64,000 bases of DNA, from assembly GCA_043228905.1 (NCBI GenBank), contig JBHGNT010000015.1, positions 6,572,001 through 6,636,000 of the forward strand, given 5' to 3'. This document shows, piece by piece, positions 62,301 through 64,000 of this stretch. A program made the position numbers and the translations under genes. Numbering within the stretch: position 1 is the first letter of the stretch; each line of letters starts with the position of its first letter. The notes below the pieces were generated by a model. That model was not told the origin of the DNA. It did not search any database and saw nothing but the letters and a program-made list of their open reading frames with translations. The stretch is from Azolla caroliniana. Taxonomy: Eukaryota; Plantae; Polypodiophyta.

Positions 62301-63760
62301 CGGCACTAAGGACCAGGGACTGTTATACCGACATGGTATAACCGAAAAGCTAATCGGATATGCGGATGTTGATTGGGCCGGTGATGCCTCAGATTGTTGG
62401 TCCACTTCTGATTACATGTTCTCTCTTGGTAGTGCGGTTGTTGCGTGGAGCAACAAAAAGCAGCTGACAGTGGCTCTTTCAAGCACTGAGGCTGAGTATT
62501 GGGGTGCTATCGTCGTCACCTATGAAGCCATCTGGCTGCGGCGGATGGTGCAAGCCCTCCGGATTGAAGTACTGACTCCAATCTGGATCTACTGCAACAA
62601 CATAAGTAGCATGCAGCTAGCCAAGAACCTCGTGTTCCATGCTCAGAAAAAGCACATAGAAGTGCACTACAATTTTGTGTGCGAGAATGTCTTGAGCGGT
62701 GAAGTCAAACTCCGATATGTTCGAATGGATTGGCAGGTTGCCGACATCTTCACCAAGGCCCTTGGAACTAACAAGTTGCATCATTTTTTGGAGATGCTTG
62801 GTCTTCAGCATCTCGATATGCCGCACTTGAGGGGGAGAACCGAAACAAAAACTGGAAAGGCAGGTAATGGCATCGGACAAGGAGCCGGAGAAAGGGAAAC
62901 CAAAACAGGGGGAGACAAGAAGAAAAAGGGAGCCGAGTCGACTAAAGAAGTCGACATATTCGAACAAGAAGGGCTATGTGCAACAACACGATGTCGATTG
63001 CGATGAGACGTTTGCGCTGGTCACAAAGATGACGACCTCTTGCGGTGGCTGCAGCAAAGGGGTGCCATTTACATCAAATGGATGTAAAGACTATGTTCCT
63101 ACGAGGTGAGCTTGAGGAACAGTTGTACATGGTACAAGCCCCCAGATTTTAGTCCAGTTTGAGCCTGTCGGCTACTTGCCGACTGAAGAAGTCCCTCTAT
63201 GGACTAAAGCAAGCCCCGCGTGCTTAGAACGTGAAGATCATGCACCGACTGTGTCGGATGTGGTTTGTCGTGTCTAAGTCCCAACTAGCGACATCATTCG
63301 ACATGAAGGATTTGGGGGACCTTCATTACTTCCTTGGGATCTAAGTGATCCTTACCACCGAAGGCATATTGATCAACCAACGACACTATGTGCTGAGTAT
63401 GCTCTTCAAGTTTGGAATGACAGAATGCAAATCCATCTCAACTCCTCTAGATAGGAATGTGAAGCTTCACCCCGACTCCGGAATGGCATGCGACCTGCAA
63501 CGGTTCCGACAAATTGTCGAAAGCATTATCTAGTTGACCATCACCCGACCTGATTTGAGTTATCTAGTCCACTTGATTAGTTAGTTCATGGCACACCCGA
63601 CTGTCAATCACCTTCAATGCGCACAACAAATATTATGACATGTCAGCAGTACTAAGGACAAGGGATTGTTGTATCAGATCGGTACTATCAGACAGTTGAT
63701 CGGCTACACGGATGCCAATTGGGCCTGCGATCGTAGGTCTACATCAGGCTTCGCCTTTCC
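59374..63760 (+). mobile_element. Decayed Copia element, 5' truncated, with a second partial RT/RNase H copy (62960-63760)
   Basis: [64 protein letters not shown]. The RRSTR.KNPV/YMAHHYAY linker is shared with the 43060 element. Confidence 0.9.
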
Positions 63761-64000
63761 GCAATTCGAACAAGCGATGATGGCGATAGAGTCAAGAAGA
63801 ACAGAGTTGAGCGGAAGGAGAAGGCCAAGACCCGAACATGGTATGATGTTGTGAAGGGCCTGAAGATTAAGGACGAATTGGAGACAGCCAATTCGGACAA
63901 GAGCTTGAACAAATCGAAGGCACCCAATTTGGAACTGGATCAACTCAAGGCCAAACTGACGAGGAGGCAACAGAAGTTGACATCGACACGGAGGAACCAA

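Overview
Eukaryotic, repeat-rich plant nuclear DNA. A fern or other non-seed land plant is my inference from the style of the PLS-class PPR genes, the retroelement types and a Cassandra-like 5S segment. Three host genes are supported. The first is the last three spliced coding exons of an Integrator subunit 8 (INTS8)-like gene (129-203, 11245-11412, 11497-11682), whose 11-kb intron holds three nested Copia-type insertions. The other two are divergent single-ORF PLS-E PPR genes (13256-16033 minus, 20821-23025 plus) separated by a decayed Mutator transposase. From about 24.9 kb onward the window is almost all nested transposons. These include a tRNA-derived SINE, an L1 LINE, and a full-length non-chromovirus Gypsy with a tRNA-Trp PBS, a 4-bp TSD and a likely -1 frameshift. 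There are also related solo LTRs, a hAT MITE, LINE 3' fragments and Copia remnants. A chromovirus carries a non-autonomous LTR element that appears to self-prime in the Tf1 manner. All homology calls come from motif recognition and memory, not database searches.
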